Below, piece by piece: positions 41,601 to 56,300 of a stretch of 64,000 bases of DNA. Made by a program: the position numbers and the translations under genes. Source of the DNA: Auanema rhodensis. Taxonomy: Eukaryota; Animalia; Nematoda. Within the stretch, counting starts at the first letter, position 1; every line of letters begins with the position of its first letter. The notes under the pieces were generated by a model. It saw only the letters and a program-made list of their open reading frames with translations, was not told the origin of the DNA and ran no database searches. The stretch lies in NCBI GenBank assembly GCA_964057225.1, contig CAXKVF010000079.1:186001-250000 (forward strand), written 5' to 3'.

Positions 41601-44600
41601 TGAAATTTACGTGAACTTTAATTTATGCTAATTAAATGTACACGTGATGTGCACTTGGTATGTAACTCGCTTCACGTGAAAGATAAAGAGATGCGGTTTT
41701 CAAAATTAGATTCCTCATGTCCATATTAGTCTAAAAACAAATTTTTATTGATATTGGTTCATGGTAACCATGACTTTGAAATTTACGTGAACTTTAATTT
41801 ATGCTAATTAAATGTACACGTGATGTGCACTTGGTATGTAACTCGCTTCACGTGAAAGATAAAGAGATGCGGTTTTCAAAATTAGATTCCCCATGTCTAT
41901 ATTAGTCTAAAAACAAATTTTTATTGATATTGGTTCATGGTAACCATGACTTTGAAATTTACGTGAACTTTAATTTATGCTAATTAAATGTACACGTGAT
42001 GTGCACTTGGTATGTAACTCGCTTCACGTGAAAGATAAAGAGATGCGGTTTTCAAAATTAGATTCCCCATGTCCATATTAGTCTAAAAACAAATTTTTAT
42101 TGATATTGGTGCATGGTAACCATGACTTTGAAATTTACGTGAACTTTAATTTATGCTAATTAAATGTACACGTGATGTGCACTTGGTATGTAACTCGCTT
42201 CACGTGAAAGATAAAGAGATGCGGTTTTCAAAATTAGATTCCCCATGTCCATATTAGTCTAAAAACAAATTTTTATTGATATTGGTGCATGGTAACCATG
42301 ACTTTGAAATTTACGTGAACTTTAATTAATGCTAATTAAATGTACACGTGATGTGCACTTGGTATGTAACTCGCTTCACGTGAAAGATAAAGAGATGCGG
42401 GTTTCAAAATTAGATTCCCCATGTCCATATTAGTCTAAAAACAAATTTTTATTGATATTGGTTCATGGTAACCATGACTTTGAAATTTACGTGAACTTTA
42501 ATTTATGCTAATTAAATGTACACGTGATGTGCACTTGGTATGTAACTCGCTTCACGTGAAAGATAAAGAGATGCGGTTTTCAAAATTGGATTCCCCATGT
42601 CCATATTAGTCTAAAAACAAATTTTTATTGATATTGGTGCATGGTAACCATGACTTTGAAATTTACGTGAACTTTAATTTATGCTAATTAAATGTACACG
42701 TGATGTGCACTTGGTATGTAACTCGCTTCACGTGAAAGATAAAGAGATGCGGTTTTCAAAATTAGATTCCCCATGTCTATATTAGTCTAAAAACAAATTT
42801 TTATTGATATTGGTTCATGGTAACCATGACTTTGAAATTTACGTGAACTTTAATTTATGCTAATTAAATGTACACGTGATGTGCACTTGGTATGTAACTC
42901 GCTTCACGTGAAAGATAACGAGATGCGGTTTTCAAAATTAGATTCCCCATGTCCATATTAGTCTAAAAACAAATTTTTATTGATATTGGTTCATGGTAAC
43001 CATGTCTTTGAAATTTACGTGAACTTTAATTTATGCTAATTAAATGTACACGTGATGTGCACTTGGTATGTAACTCGCTTCACGTGAAAGATAAAGAGAT
43101 GCGGTTTTCAAAATTAGATTCCTCATGTCCATATTAGTCTAAAAACAAATTTTTATTGATATTGGTTCATGGTAACCATGACTTTGAAATTTACGTGAAC
43201 TTTAATTTATGCTAATTAAATGTACACGTGATGTGCACTTGGTATGTAACTCGCTTCACGTGAAAGATAAAGAGATGCGGTTTTCAAAATTAGATTCCCC
43301 ATGTCTATATTAGTCTAAAAACAAATTTTTATTGATATTGGTTCATGGTAACCATGACTTTGAAATTTACGTGAACTTTAATTTATGCTAATTAAATGTA
43401 CACGTGATGTGCACTTGGTATGTAACTCGCTTCACGTGAAAGATAAAGAGATGCGGTTTTCAAAATTAGATTCCCCATGTCCATATTAGTCTAAAAACAA
43501 ATTTTTATTGATATTGGTGCATGGTAACCATGACTTTGAAATTTACGTGAACTTTAATTTATGCTAATTAAATGTACACGTGATGTGCACTTGGTATGTA
43601 ACTCGCTTCACGTGAAAGATAAAGAGATGCGGTTTTCAAAATTAGATTCCCCATGTCCATATTAGTCTAAAAACAAATTTTTATTGATATTGGTGCATGG
43701 TAACCATGACTTTGAAATTTACGTGAACTTTAATTAATGCTAATTAAATGTACACGTGATGTGCACTTGGTATGTAACTCGCTTCACGTGAAAGATAAAG
43801 AGATGCGGGTTTCAAAATTAGATTCCCCATGTCCATATTAGTCTAAAAACAAATTTTTATTGATATTGGTTCATGGTAACCATGACTTTGAAATTTACGT
43901 GAACTTTAATTTATGCTAATTAAATGTACACGTGATGTGCACTTGGTATGTAACTCGCTTCACGTGAAAGATAAAGAGATGCGGTTTTCAAAATTGGATT
44001 CCCCATGTCCATATTAGTCTAAAAACAAATTTTTATTGATATTGGTGCATGGTAACCATGACTTTGAAATTTACGTGAACTTTAATTTATGCTAATTAAA
44101 TGTACACGTGATGTGCACTTGGTATGTAACTCGCTTCACGTGAAAGATAAAGAGATGCGGTTTTCAAAATTAGATTCCCCATGTCTATATTAGTCTAAAA
44201 ACAAATTTTTATTGATATTGGTTCATGGTAACCATGACTTTGAAATTTACGTGAACTTTAATTTATGCTAATTAAATGTACACGTGATGTGCACTTGGTA
44301 TGTAACTCGCTTCACGTGAAAGATAAAGAGATGTGGTTTTCAAAACTAGATTCCCCATGTCCATATTAGTCTAAAAACAAATTTTTATTGATATTGGTGC
44401 ATGGTAACCATGACTTTGAAATTTACGTGAACTTTAATTTATGCTAATTAAATGTACACGTGATGTGCACTTGGTATGTAACTCGCTTCACGTGAAAGAT
44501 AAAGAGATGCGGTTTTCAAAATTAGATTCCCCATGTCCATATTAGTCTAAAAACAAATTTTTATTGATATTGGTGCATGGTAACCATGACTTTGAAATTT

Positions 44601-46700
44601 ACGTGAACTTTAATTTATGTTAATTAAATGTACACGTGATGTGCACTTGGTATGTAACTCGCTTCACGTGAAAGATAAAGAGATGCGGGTTTCAAAATTA
44701 GATTCCCCATGTCCATATTAGTCTAAAAACAAATTTTTATTGATATTGGTTCATGGTAACCATGACTTTGAAATTTACGTGAACTTTAATTTATGCTAAT
44801 TAAATGTACACGTGATGTGCACTTGGTATGTAACTCGCTTCACGTGAAAGATAAAGAGATGCGGTTTTCAAAATTAGATTCCCCATGTCCATATTAGTCT
44901 AAAAACAAATTTTTATTGATATTGGTGCATGGTAACCATGACTTTGAAATTTACGTGAACTTTAATTCATGCTAATTAAATGTACACGTGATGTGCACTT
45001 GGTATGTAACTCGCTTCACGTAAAATATAAAGAGATGCGGTTTTCAAAATTAGATTCCCCATGTCCATATTAGTCTAAAAACAAATTTTTATTGATATTG
45101 GTTCATGGTAACCATGTCTTTGAAATTTACGTGAACTTTAATTTATGCTAATTAAATGTACACGTGATGTGCACTTGGTATGTAACTCGCTTCACGTGAA
45201 AGATAAAGAGATGCGGTTTTCAAAATTAGATTCCCCATGTCCATATTAGTCTAAAAACAAATTTTTATTGATATTGGTGCATGGTAACCATGACTTTGAA
45301 ATTTACGTGAACTTTAATTTATGCTAATTAAATGTACACGTGATGTGCACTTGGTATGTAACTCGCTTCACGTGAAAGATAAAGAGATGCGGTTTTCATA
45401 ATTAGATTCCCCATGTCCATATTAGTCTAAAAACAAATTTTTATTGATATTGGTGCATGGTAACCATGACTTTGAAATTTACGTGAACTTTAATTAATGC
45501 TAATTAAATGTACACGTGATGTGCACTTGGTATGTAACTCGCTTCACGTGAAAGATAAAGAGATGCGGGTTTCAAAATTAGATTCCCCATGTCCATATTA
45601 GTCTAAAAACAAATTTTTATTGATATTGGTTCAAGGTAACCATGACTTTGAAATTTACGTGAACTTTAATTTATGCTAATTAAATGTACACGTGATGTGC
45701 ACTTGGTATGTAACTCGCTTCACGTGAAAGATAAAGAGATGCGGTTTTCAAAATTGGATTCCCCATGTCCATATTAGTCTAAAAACAAATTTTTATTGAT
45801 ATTGGTGCATGGTAACCATGACTTTGAAATTTACGTGAACTTCAATTTATGCTAATTAAATGTACACGTGATGTGCACTTGGTATGTAACTCGCTTCACG
45901 TGAAAGATAAAGAGATGCGGTTTTCAAAATTAGATTCCCCATGTCTATATTAGTCTAAAAACAAATTTTTATTGATATTGGTTCATGGTAACCATGACTT
46001 TGAAATTTACGTGAACTTTAATTTATGCTAATTAAATGTACACGTGATGTGCACTTGGTATGTAACTCGCTTCACGTGAAAGATAAAGAGATGCGGTTTT
46101 CAAAACTAGATTCCCCATGTCCATATTAGTCTAAAAACAAATTTTTATTGATATTGGTGCATGGTAACCATGACTTTGAAATTTACGTGAACTTTAATTT
46201 ATGCTAATTAAATGTACACGTGATGTGCACTTGGTATGTAACTCGCTTCACATGAAAGATAAAGAGATGCGGTTTTCAAAATTAGATTCCCCATGTCTAT
46301 ATTAGTCTAAAAACAAATTTTTATTGATATTGGTGCATGGTAACCATGACTTTGAAATTTACGTGAACTTTAATTTATGCTAATTAAATGTACACGTGAT
46401 GTGCACTTGGTATGTAACTCGCTTCACGTGAAAGATAAAGAGATGCGGTTTTCAAAATTAGATTCCCCATGTCCATATTAGTCTAAAAACAATTTTTTAT
46501 TGATATTGGTGCATGGTAACCATGACTTTGAAATTTACGTGAACTTTAATTTATGTTAATTAAATGTACACGTGATGTGCACTTGGTATGTAACTCGCTT
46601 CACGTGAAAGATAAAGAGATGCGGGTTTCAAAATTAGATTCCCCATGTCCATATTAGTCTAAAAACAAATTTTTATTGATATTGGTTCATGGTAACCATG
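29000..46700. repeat. Array sub-domain III (C10T, A3G, A65T, T168G, C17T, C99T variants; 4-, 7- and 8-mer local repeats)
   Basis: TTCCTCATG from 29043 to 43123, ATTGGA from 32380 to 45756, AACCTTG from 33498 to 41242. Spacings: 704 bp (34492/35196, 36428/37132), 1232 bp (35196/36428) and 1408 bp (41511/42919). Confidence 0.8.
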
Positions 46701-49700
46701 ACTTTGAAATTTACGTGAACTTTAATTTATGCTAATTAAATGTACACGTGATGTGCACTTGGTATGTAACTCGCTTCACGTGAAAGATAAAGAGATGCGG
46801 TTTTCAAAATTAGATTCCCCATGTCCATATTAGTCTAAAAACAAATTTTTATTGATATTGGTTCATGGTAACCATGTCTTTGAAATTTACGTGAACTTTA
46901 ATTTATGCTAATTAAATGTACACATGATGTGCACTTGGTATGTAACTCGCTTCACGTGAAAGATAAAGAGATGCGGTTTTCAAAATTAGATTCCCCATGT
47001 CCATATTAGTCTAAAAACAAATTTTTATTGATATTGGTGCATGGTAACCATGACTTTGAAATTTACGTGAACTTTAATTTATGCTAATTAAATGTACACG
47101 TGATGTGCACTTGGTATGTAACTCGCTTCACGTGAAAGATAAAGAGATGCGGTTTTCAAAATTAGATTCCCCATGTCCATATTAGTCTAAAAACAAATTT
47201 TTATTGATATTGGTTCATGGTAACCATGACTTTGAAATTTACGTGAACTTTAATTTATGCTAATTAAATGTACACGTGATGTGCACTTGGTATGTAACTC
47301 GCTTCACGTGAAAGATAAAGAGATGCGGTTTTCAAAATTAGATTCCCCATGTCCATATTAGTCTAAAAACAAATTTTTATTGATATTGGTGCATGGTAAC
47401 CATGACTTTGAAATTTACGTGAACTTTAATTCATGCTAATTAAATGTACACGTGATGTGCACTTGGTATGTAACTCGCTTCACGTAAAATATAAAGAGAT
47501 GCGGTTTTCAAAATTAGATTCCCCATGTCCATATTAGTCTAAAAACAAATTTTTATTGATATTGGTTCATGGTAACCATGTCTTTGAAATTTACGTGAAC
47601 TTTAATTTATGCTAATTAAATGTACACGTGATGTGCACTTGGTATGTAACTCGCTTCACGTGAAAGATAAAGAGATGCGGTTTTCAAAATTAGATTCCCC
47701 ATGTCCATATTAGTCTAAAAACAAATTTTTATTGATATTGGTTCATGGTAACCATGACTTTGAAATTTACGTGAACTTTAATTTATGCTAATTAAATGTA
47801 CACGTGATGTGCACTTGGTATGTAACTCGCTTCACGTGAAAGATAAAGAGATGCGGTTTTCAAAATTAGATTCCCCATGTCCATATTAGTCTAAAAACAA
47901 ATTTTTATTGATATTGGTGCATGGTAACCATGACTTTGAAATTTAGGTGAACTTTAATTCATGCTAATTAAATGTACACGTGATGTGCACTTGGTATGTA
48001 ACTCGCTTCACGTAAAAGATAAAGAGATGCGGTTTTCAAAATTAGATTCCCCATGTCCATATTAGTCTAAAAACAAATTTTTATTGATATTGGTTCATGG
48101 TAACCATGACTTTGAAATTTACGTGAACTTTAATTTATGCTAATTAAATGTACACGTGATGTGCACTTGGTATGTAACTCGCTTCACGTGAAAGATAAAG
48201 AGATGCGGTTTTCAAAATTAGATTCCCCATGTCCATATTAGTCTAAAAACAAATTTTTATTGATATTGGTGCATGGTAACCATGACTTTGAAATTTACGT
48301 GAACTTTAATTTATGCTAATTAAATGTACACGTGATGTGCACTTGGTATGTAACTCGCTTCACGTGAAAGATAAAGAGATGCGGTTTTTGAAATTAGATT
48401 CCCCATGTCCATATTAGTCTAAAAACAAATTTTTATTGATATTGGTGCATGGTAACCATGACTTTGAAATTTACGTGAACTTTAATTCATGCTAATTAAA
48501 TGTACACGTGATGTGCACTTGGTATGTAACTCGCTTCACGTAAAAGATAAAGAGATGCGGTTTCAAAATTAGATTCCCCATGTCCATATTAGTCTAAAAA
48601 CAAATTTTTATTGATATTGGTTCATGGTAACCATGACTTTGAAATTTACGTGAACTTTAATTTATGTTAATTAAATGTACACGTGATGTGCACTTGGTAT
48701 GTAACTCGCTTCACGTGAAAGATAAAGAGATGCGGGTTTCAAAATTAGATTCCCCATGTCCATATTAGTCTAAAAACAAATTTTTATTGATATTGGTTCA
48801 TGGTAACCATGACTTTGAAATTTACGTGAACTTTAATTTATGCTAATTAAATGTACACGTGATGTGCACTTGGTATGTAACTCGCTTCACGTGAAAGATA
48901 AAGAGATGCGGTTTTCAAAATTAGATTCCCCATGTCCATATTAGTCTAAAAACAAATTTTTATTGATATTGGTTCATGGTAACCATGTCTTTGAAATTTA
49001 CGTGAACTTTAATTTATGCTAATTAAATGTACACATGATGTGCACTTGGTATGTAACTCGCTTCACGTGAAAGATAAAGAGATGCGGTTTTCAAAATTAG
49101 ATTCCCCATGTCCATATTAGTCTAAAAACAAATTTTTATTGATATTGGTGCATGGTAACCATGACTTTGAAATTTACGTGAACTTTAATTTATGCTAATT
49201 AAATGTACACGTGATGTGCACTTGGTATGTAACTCGCTTCACGTAAAAGATAAAGAGATGCGGTTTTCAAAATTAGATTCCCCATGTCCATATTAGTCTA
49301 AAAACAAATTTTTATTGATATTGGTTCATGGTAACCATGACTTTGAAATTTACGTGAACTTTAATTTATGCTAATTAAATGTACACGTGATGTGCACTTG
49401 GTATGTAACTCGCTTCACGTGAAAGATAAAGAGATGCGGTTTTCAAAATTAGATTCCCCATGTCCATATTAGTCTAAAAACAAATTTTTATTGATATTGG
49501 TGCATGGTAACCATGACTTTGAAATTTACGTGAACTTTAATTCATGCTAATTAAATGTACACGTGATGTGCACTTGGTATGTAACTCGCTTCACGTAAAA
49601 TATAAAGAGATGCGGTTTTCAAAATTAGATTCCCCATGTCCATATTAGTCTAAAAACAAATTTTTATTGATATTGGTTCATGGTAACCATGTCTTTGAAA

Positions 49701-50500
49701 TTTACGTGAACTTTAATTTATGCTAATTAAATGTACACGTGATGTGCACTTGGTATGTAACTCGCTTCACGTGAAAGATAAAGAGATGCGGTTTTCAAAA
49801 TTAGATTCCCCATGTCCATATTAGTCTAAAAACAAATTTTTATTGATATTGGTTCATGGTAACCATGACTTTGAAATTTACGTGAACTTTAATTTATGCT
49901 AATTAAATGTACACGTGATGTGCACTTGGTATGTAACTCGCTTCACGTGAAAGATAAAGAGATGCGGTTTTCAAAATTAGATTCCCCATGTCCATATTAG
50001 TCTAAAAACAAATTTTTATTGATATTGGTGCATGGTAACCATGACTTTGAAATTTAGGTGAACTTTAATTCATGCTAATTAAATGTACACGTGATGTGCA
50101 CTTGGTATGTAACTCGCTTCACGTAAAAGATAAAGAGATGCGGTTTTCAAAATTAGATTCCCCATGTCCATATTAGTCTAAAAACAAATTTTTATTGATA
50201 TTGGTTCATGGTAACCATGACTTTGAAATTTACGTGAACTTTAATTTATGCTAATTAAATGTACACGTGATGTGCACTTGGTATGTAACTCGCTTCACGT
50301 GAAAGATAAAGAGATGCGGTTTTCAAAATTAGATTCCCCATGTCCATATTAGTCTAAAAACAAATTTTTATTGATATTGGTGCATGGTAACCATGACTTT
50401 GAAATTTACGTGAACTTTAATTTATGCTAATTAAATGTACACGTGATGTGCACTTGGTATGTAACTCGCTTCACGTGAAAGATAAAGAGATGCGGTTTTC
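46500..50500. repeat. Tandem duplication with a 12-monomer (2111-bp) offset
   Basis: C99T 46556/48667, G115A 46925/49036 and C81G 47946/50057 are all offset by 2111 = 12x176-1. Confidence 0.88.
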
Positions 50501-53399
50501 AAAATTAGATTCCCCATGTCCATATTAGTCTAAAAACAAATTTTTATTGATATTGGTTCATGGTAACCATGACTTTGAAATTTACGTGAACTTTAATTTA
50601 TGCTAATTAAATGTACACGTGATGTGCACTTGGTATGTAACTCGCTTCACGTGAAAGATAAAGAGATGCGGTTTTCAAAATTAGATTCCCCATGTCCATA
50701 TTAGTCTAAAAACAAATTTTTATTGATATTGGTGCATGGTAACCATGACTTTGAAATTTAGGTGAACTTTAATTCATGCTAATTAAATGTACACGTGATG
50801 TGCACTTGGTATGTAACTCGCTTCACGTAAAAGATAAAGAGATGCGGTTTTCAAAATTAGATTCCCCATGTCCATATTAGTCTAAAAACAAATTTTTATT
50901 GATATTGGTTCATGGTAACCATGACTTTGAAATTTACGTGAACTTTAATTTATGCTAATTAAATGTACACGTGATGTGCACTTGGTATGTAACTCGCTTC
51001 ACGTGAAAGATAAAGAGATGCGGTTTTCAAAATTAGATTCCCCATGTCCATATTAGTCTAAAAACAAATTTTTATTGATATTGGTGCATGGTAACCATGA
51101 CTTTGAAATTTACGTGAACTTTAATTTATGCTAATTAAATGTACACGTGATGTGCACTTGGTATGTAACTCGCTTCACGTGAAAGATAAAGAGATGCGGT
51201 TTTTGAAATTAGATTCCCCATGTCCATATTAGTCTAAAAACAAATTTTTATTGATATTGGTGCATGGTAACCATGACTTTGAAATTTACGTGAACTTTAA
51301 TTCATGCTAATTAAATGTACACGTGATGTGCACTTGGTATGTAACTCGCTTCACGTAAAAGATAAAGAGATGCGGTTTCAAAATTAGATTCCCCATGTCC
51401 ATATTAGTCTAAAAACAAATTTTTATTGATATTGGTTCATGGTAACCATGTCTTTGAAATTTACGTGAACTTTAATTTATGCTAATTAAATGTACACGTG
51501 ATGTGCACTTGGTATGTAACCCGCTTCACGTGAAAGATAAAGAGATGCGGTTTTCAAAATTAGATTCCCCATGTCCATATTAGTCTAAAAACAACTTTTT
51601 ATTGATATTGGTTCATGGTAACCATGACTTTGAAATTTACGTGAACTTTAATTTATGCTAATTAAATGTACACGTGATGTGCACTTGGTATGTAACTCGC
51701 TTCACGTGAAAGATAAAGAGATGCGGTTTTCAAAATTAGATTCCCCATGTCCATATTAGTCTAAAAACAAATTTTTATTGATATTGGTTCATGGTAACCA
51801 TGACTTTGAAATTTACGTGAACTTTAATTTATGCTAATTAAATGTACACGTGATGTGCACTTGGTATGTAACTCGCTTCACGTGAAAGATAAAGAGATGC
51901 GGTTTTCAAAATTAGATTCCCCATGTCCATATTAGTCTAAAAACAAATTTTTATTGATATTGGTGCATGGTAACCATGACTTTGAAATTTACGTGAACTT
52001 TAATTCATGCTAATTAAATGTACACGTGATGTGCACTTGGTATGTAACTCGCTTCACGTAAAATATAAAGAGATGCGATTTTCAAAATTAGATTCCCCAT
52101 GTCCATATTAGTCTAAAAACAAATTTTTATTGATATTGGTTCATGGTAACCATGTCTTTGAAATTTACGTGAACTTTAATTTATGCTAATTAAATGTACA
52201 CGTGATGTGCACTTGGTATGTAACTCGCTTCACGTGAAAGATAAAGAGATGCGGTTTTCAAAATTAGATTCCCCATGTCCATATTAGTCTAAAAACAAAT
52301 TTTTATTGATATTGGTTCATGGTAACCATGTCTTTGAAATTTACGTGAACTTTAATTTATGCTAATTAAATGTACACGTGATGTGCACTTGGTATGTAAC
52401 TCGCTTCACGTGAAAGATAAAGAGATGCGGTTTTCAAAATTAGATTCCCCATGTCCATATTAGTCTAAAAACAAATTTTTATTGATATTGGTGCATGGTA
52501 ACCATGACTTTGAAATTTACGTGAACTTTAATTCATGCTAATTAAATGTACACGTGATGTGCACTTGGTATGTAACTCGCTTCACGTAAAATATAAAGAG
52601 ATGCGGTTTTCAAAATTAGATTCCCCATGTCCATATTAGTCTAAAAACAAATTTTTATTGATATTGGTTCATGGTAACCATGTCTTTGAAATTTACGTGA
52701 ACTTTAATTTATGCTAATTAAATGTACACGTGATGTGCACTTGGTATGTAACTCGCTTCACGTGAAAGATAAAGAGATGCGGTTTTCAAAATTAGATTCC
52801 CCATGTCCATATTAGTCTAAAAACAAATTTTTATTGATATTGGTTCATGGTAACCATGACTTTGAAATTTACGTGAACTTTAATTTATGCTAATTAAATG
52901 TACACGTGATGTGCACTTGGTATGTAACTCGCTTCACGTGAAAGATAAAGAGATGCGGTTTTCAAAATTAGATTCCCCATGTCCATATTAGTCTAAAAAC
53001 AAATTTTTATTGATATTGGTGCATGGTAACCATGACTTTGAAATTTAGGTGAACTTTAATTCATGCTAATTAAATGTACACGTGATGTGCACTTGGTATG
53101 TAACTCGCTTCACGTAAAAGATAAAGAGATGCGGTTTTCAAAATTAGATTCCCCATGTCCATATTAGTCTAAAAACAAATTTTTATTGATATTGGTTCAT
53201 GGTAACCATGACTTTGAAATTTACGTGAACTTTAATTTATGCTAATTAAATGTACACGTGATGTGCACTTGGTATGTAACTCGCTTCACGTGAAAGATAA
53301 AGAGATGCGGTTTTCAAAATTAGATTCCCCATGTCCATATTAGTCTAAAAACAAATTTTTATTGATATTGGTGCATGGTAACCATGACTTTGAAATTTA

Positions 53400-56300
53400 C
53401 GTGAACTTTAATTTATGCTAATTAAATGTACACGTGATGTGCACTTGGTATGTAACTCGCTTCACGTGAAAGATAAAGAGATGCGGTTTTTGAAATTAGA
53501 TTCCCCATGTCCATATTAGTCTAAAAACAAATTTTTATTGATATTGGTGCATGGTAACCATGACTTTGAAATTTACGTGAACTTTAATTCATGCTAATTA
53601 AATGTACACGTGATGTGCACTTGGTATGTAACTCGCTTCACGTAAAAGATAAAGAGATGCGGTTTCAAAATTAGATTCCCCATGTCCATATTAGTCTAAA
53701 AACAAATTTTTATTGATATTGGTTCATGGTAACCATGTCTTTGAAATTTACGTGAACTTTAATTTATGCTAATTAAATGTACACGTGATGTGCACTTGGT
53801 ATGTAACCCGCTTCACGTGAAAGATAAAGAGATGCGGTTTTCAAAATTAGATTCCCCATGTCCATATTAGTCTAAAAACAACTTTTTATTGATATTGGTT
53901 CATGGTAACCATGACTTTGAAATTTACGTGAACTTTAATTTATGCTAATTAAATGTACACGTGATGTGCACTTGGTATGTAACTCGCTTCACGTGAAAGA
54001 TAAAGAGATGCGGTTTTCAAAATTAGATTCCCCATGTCCATATTAGTTTAAAAACAAATTTTTATTGATATTGGTGCATGGTAACCATGACTTTGAAATT
54101 TACGTGAACTTTAATTTATGCTAATTAAATGTACACGTGATGTGCACTTGGTATGTAACTCGCTTCACGTGAAAGATAAAGAGATGCGGTTTTCAAAATT
54201 AGATTCCCCATGTCCATATTAGTCTAAAAACAAATTTTTATTGATATTGGTTCATGGTAACCATGTCTTTGAAATTTACGTGAACTTTAATTTATGCTAA
54301 TTAAATGTACACGTGATGTGCACTTGGTATGTAACTCGCTTCACGTGAAAGATAAAAAGATGCGGTTTTCAAAATTAGATTCCCCATGTCCATATTAGTC
54401 TAAAAACAAATTTTTATCGATATTGGTTCATGGTAACCATGTCTTTGAAATATACGTGAACTTTAATTTATGCTAATTAAATGTACACGTGATGTGCACT
54501 TGGTATGTAACTCGCTTCACGTGAAAGATAAAGGGATGCGGTTTTCAAAATTAGATTCCCCATGTCCATATTAGTCTAAAAACAAATTTTTATTGATATT
54601 GGTTCATGGTAACCATGTCTTTGAAATTTACGTGAACTTTAATTTATGCTAATTAAATGTACACGTGATGTGCACTTGGTATGTAACTCGCTTCACGTGA
54701 AAGATAAAGAGATGCGGTTTTCAAAATTAGATTCCCCATGTCCATATTAGTCTAAAAACAATTTTTTATTGATATTGGTTCATGGTAACCATGTCTTTGA
54801 AATTTACGTGAACTTTAATTTATGCTAATTAAATGTACACGTGATGTGCACTTGGTATGTAACTCGCTTCACGTGAAAGATAAAGAGATGCGGTTTTCAA
54901 AATTAGATTCCCCATGTCCATATTAGTTTAAAAACAAATTTTTATTGATATTGGTGCATGGTAACCATGACTTTGAAATTTACGTGAACTTTAATTTATG
55001 CTAATTAAATGTACACGTGAAGTGCACTTGGTATGTAACTCGCTTCACGTAAAAGATAAAGAGATGCGGTTTCCAAAATTAGATTCCCCATGTCCATATT
55101 AGTCCAAAAACAAATTTTTATTGATATTGGTTCATGGTAACCATGTCTTTGAAATTTACGTCAACTTTAATTTATGCTAATTAAATGTACACGTGATGTG
55201 CACTTGGTATGTAACTCGCTTCACGTGAAAGATAAAGAGATGCGGTTTTCAAAATTAGATTCCCCATGTCCATATTAGTTTAAAAACAAATTTTTATTGA
55301 TATTGGTGCATGGTAACCATGACTTTGAAATTTACGTGAACTTTAATTTATGCTAATTAAATGTACACGTGATGTGCACTTGGTATGTAACTCGCTTCAC
55401 GTGAAAGATAAAGAGATGCGGTTTCCACAATTAGATTCCCCATGTCCATATTAGTCTAAAAACAAATTTTTATTGATATTGGTTCATGGTAACCATGTCT
55501 TTGAAATTTACGTGAACTTTAATTTATGCTAATTAAATGTACACGTGATGTGCACTTGGTATGTAACTCGCTTCACGTGAAAGATAAAGAGATGCGGTTT
55601 TTGAAATTAGATTCCCCATGTCCATATTAGTCTAAAAACAAATTTTTATTGATATTGGTGCATGGTAACCATGACTTTGAAATTTACGTGAACTTTAATT
55701 CATGCTAATTAAATGTACACGTGATGTGCACTTGGTATGTAACTCGCTTCACGTAAAAGATAAAGAGATGCGGTTTCAAAATTAGATTCCCCATGTCCAT
55801 ATTAGTCTAAAAACAAATTTTTATTGATATTGGTTCATGGTAACCATGTCTTTGAAATTTACGTGAACTTTAATTTATGCTAATTAAATGTACACGTGAT
55901 GTGCACTTGGTATGTAACCCGCTTCACGTGAAAGATAAAGAGATGCGGTTTTCAAAATTAGATTCCCCATGTCCATATTAGTCTGAAAACAACTTTTTAT
56001 TGATATTGGTTCATGGTAACCATGACTTTGAAATTTACGTGAACTTTAATTTATGCTAATTAAATGTACACGTGATGTGCACTTGGTATGTAACTCGCTT
56101 CACGTGAAAGATAAAGAGATGCGGTTTTCAAAATTAGATTCCCCATGTCCATATTAGTTTAAAAACAAATTTTTATTGATATTGGTGCATGGTAACCATG
56201 ACTTTGAAATTTACGTGAACTTTAATTTATGCTAATTAAATGTACACGTGATGTGCACTTGGTATGTAACTCGCTTCACGTGAAAGATAAAGAGATGCGG

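Noticed and set aside
47942-47947. TTTAGG telomere-like word (also ~50053, 50757, 53044)
   Set aside because: It is a single C81G substitution with no tandem telomeric repeats.
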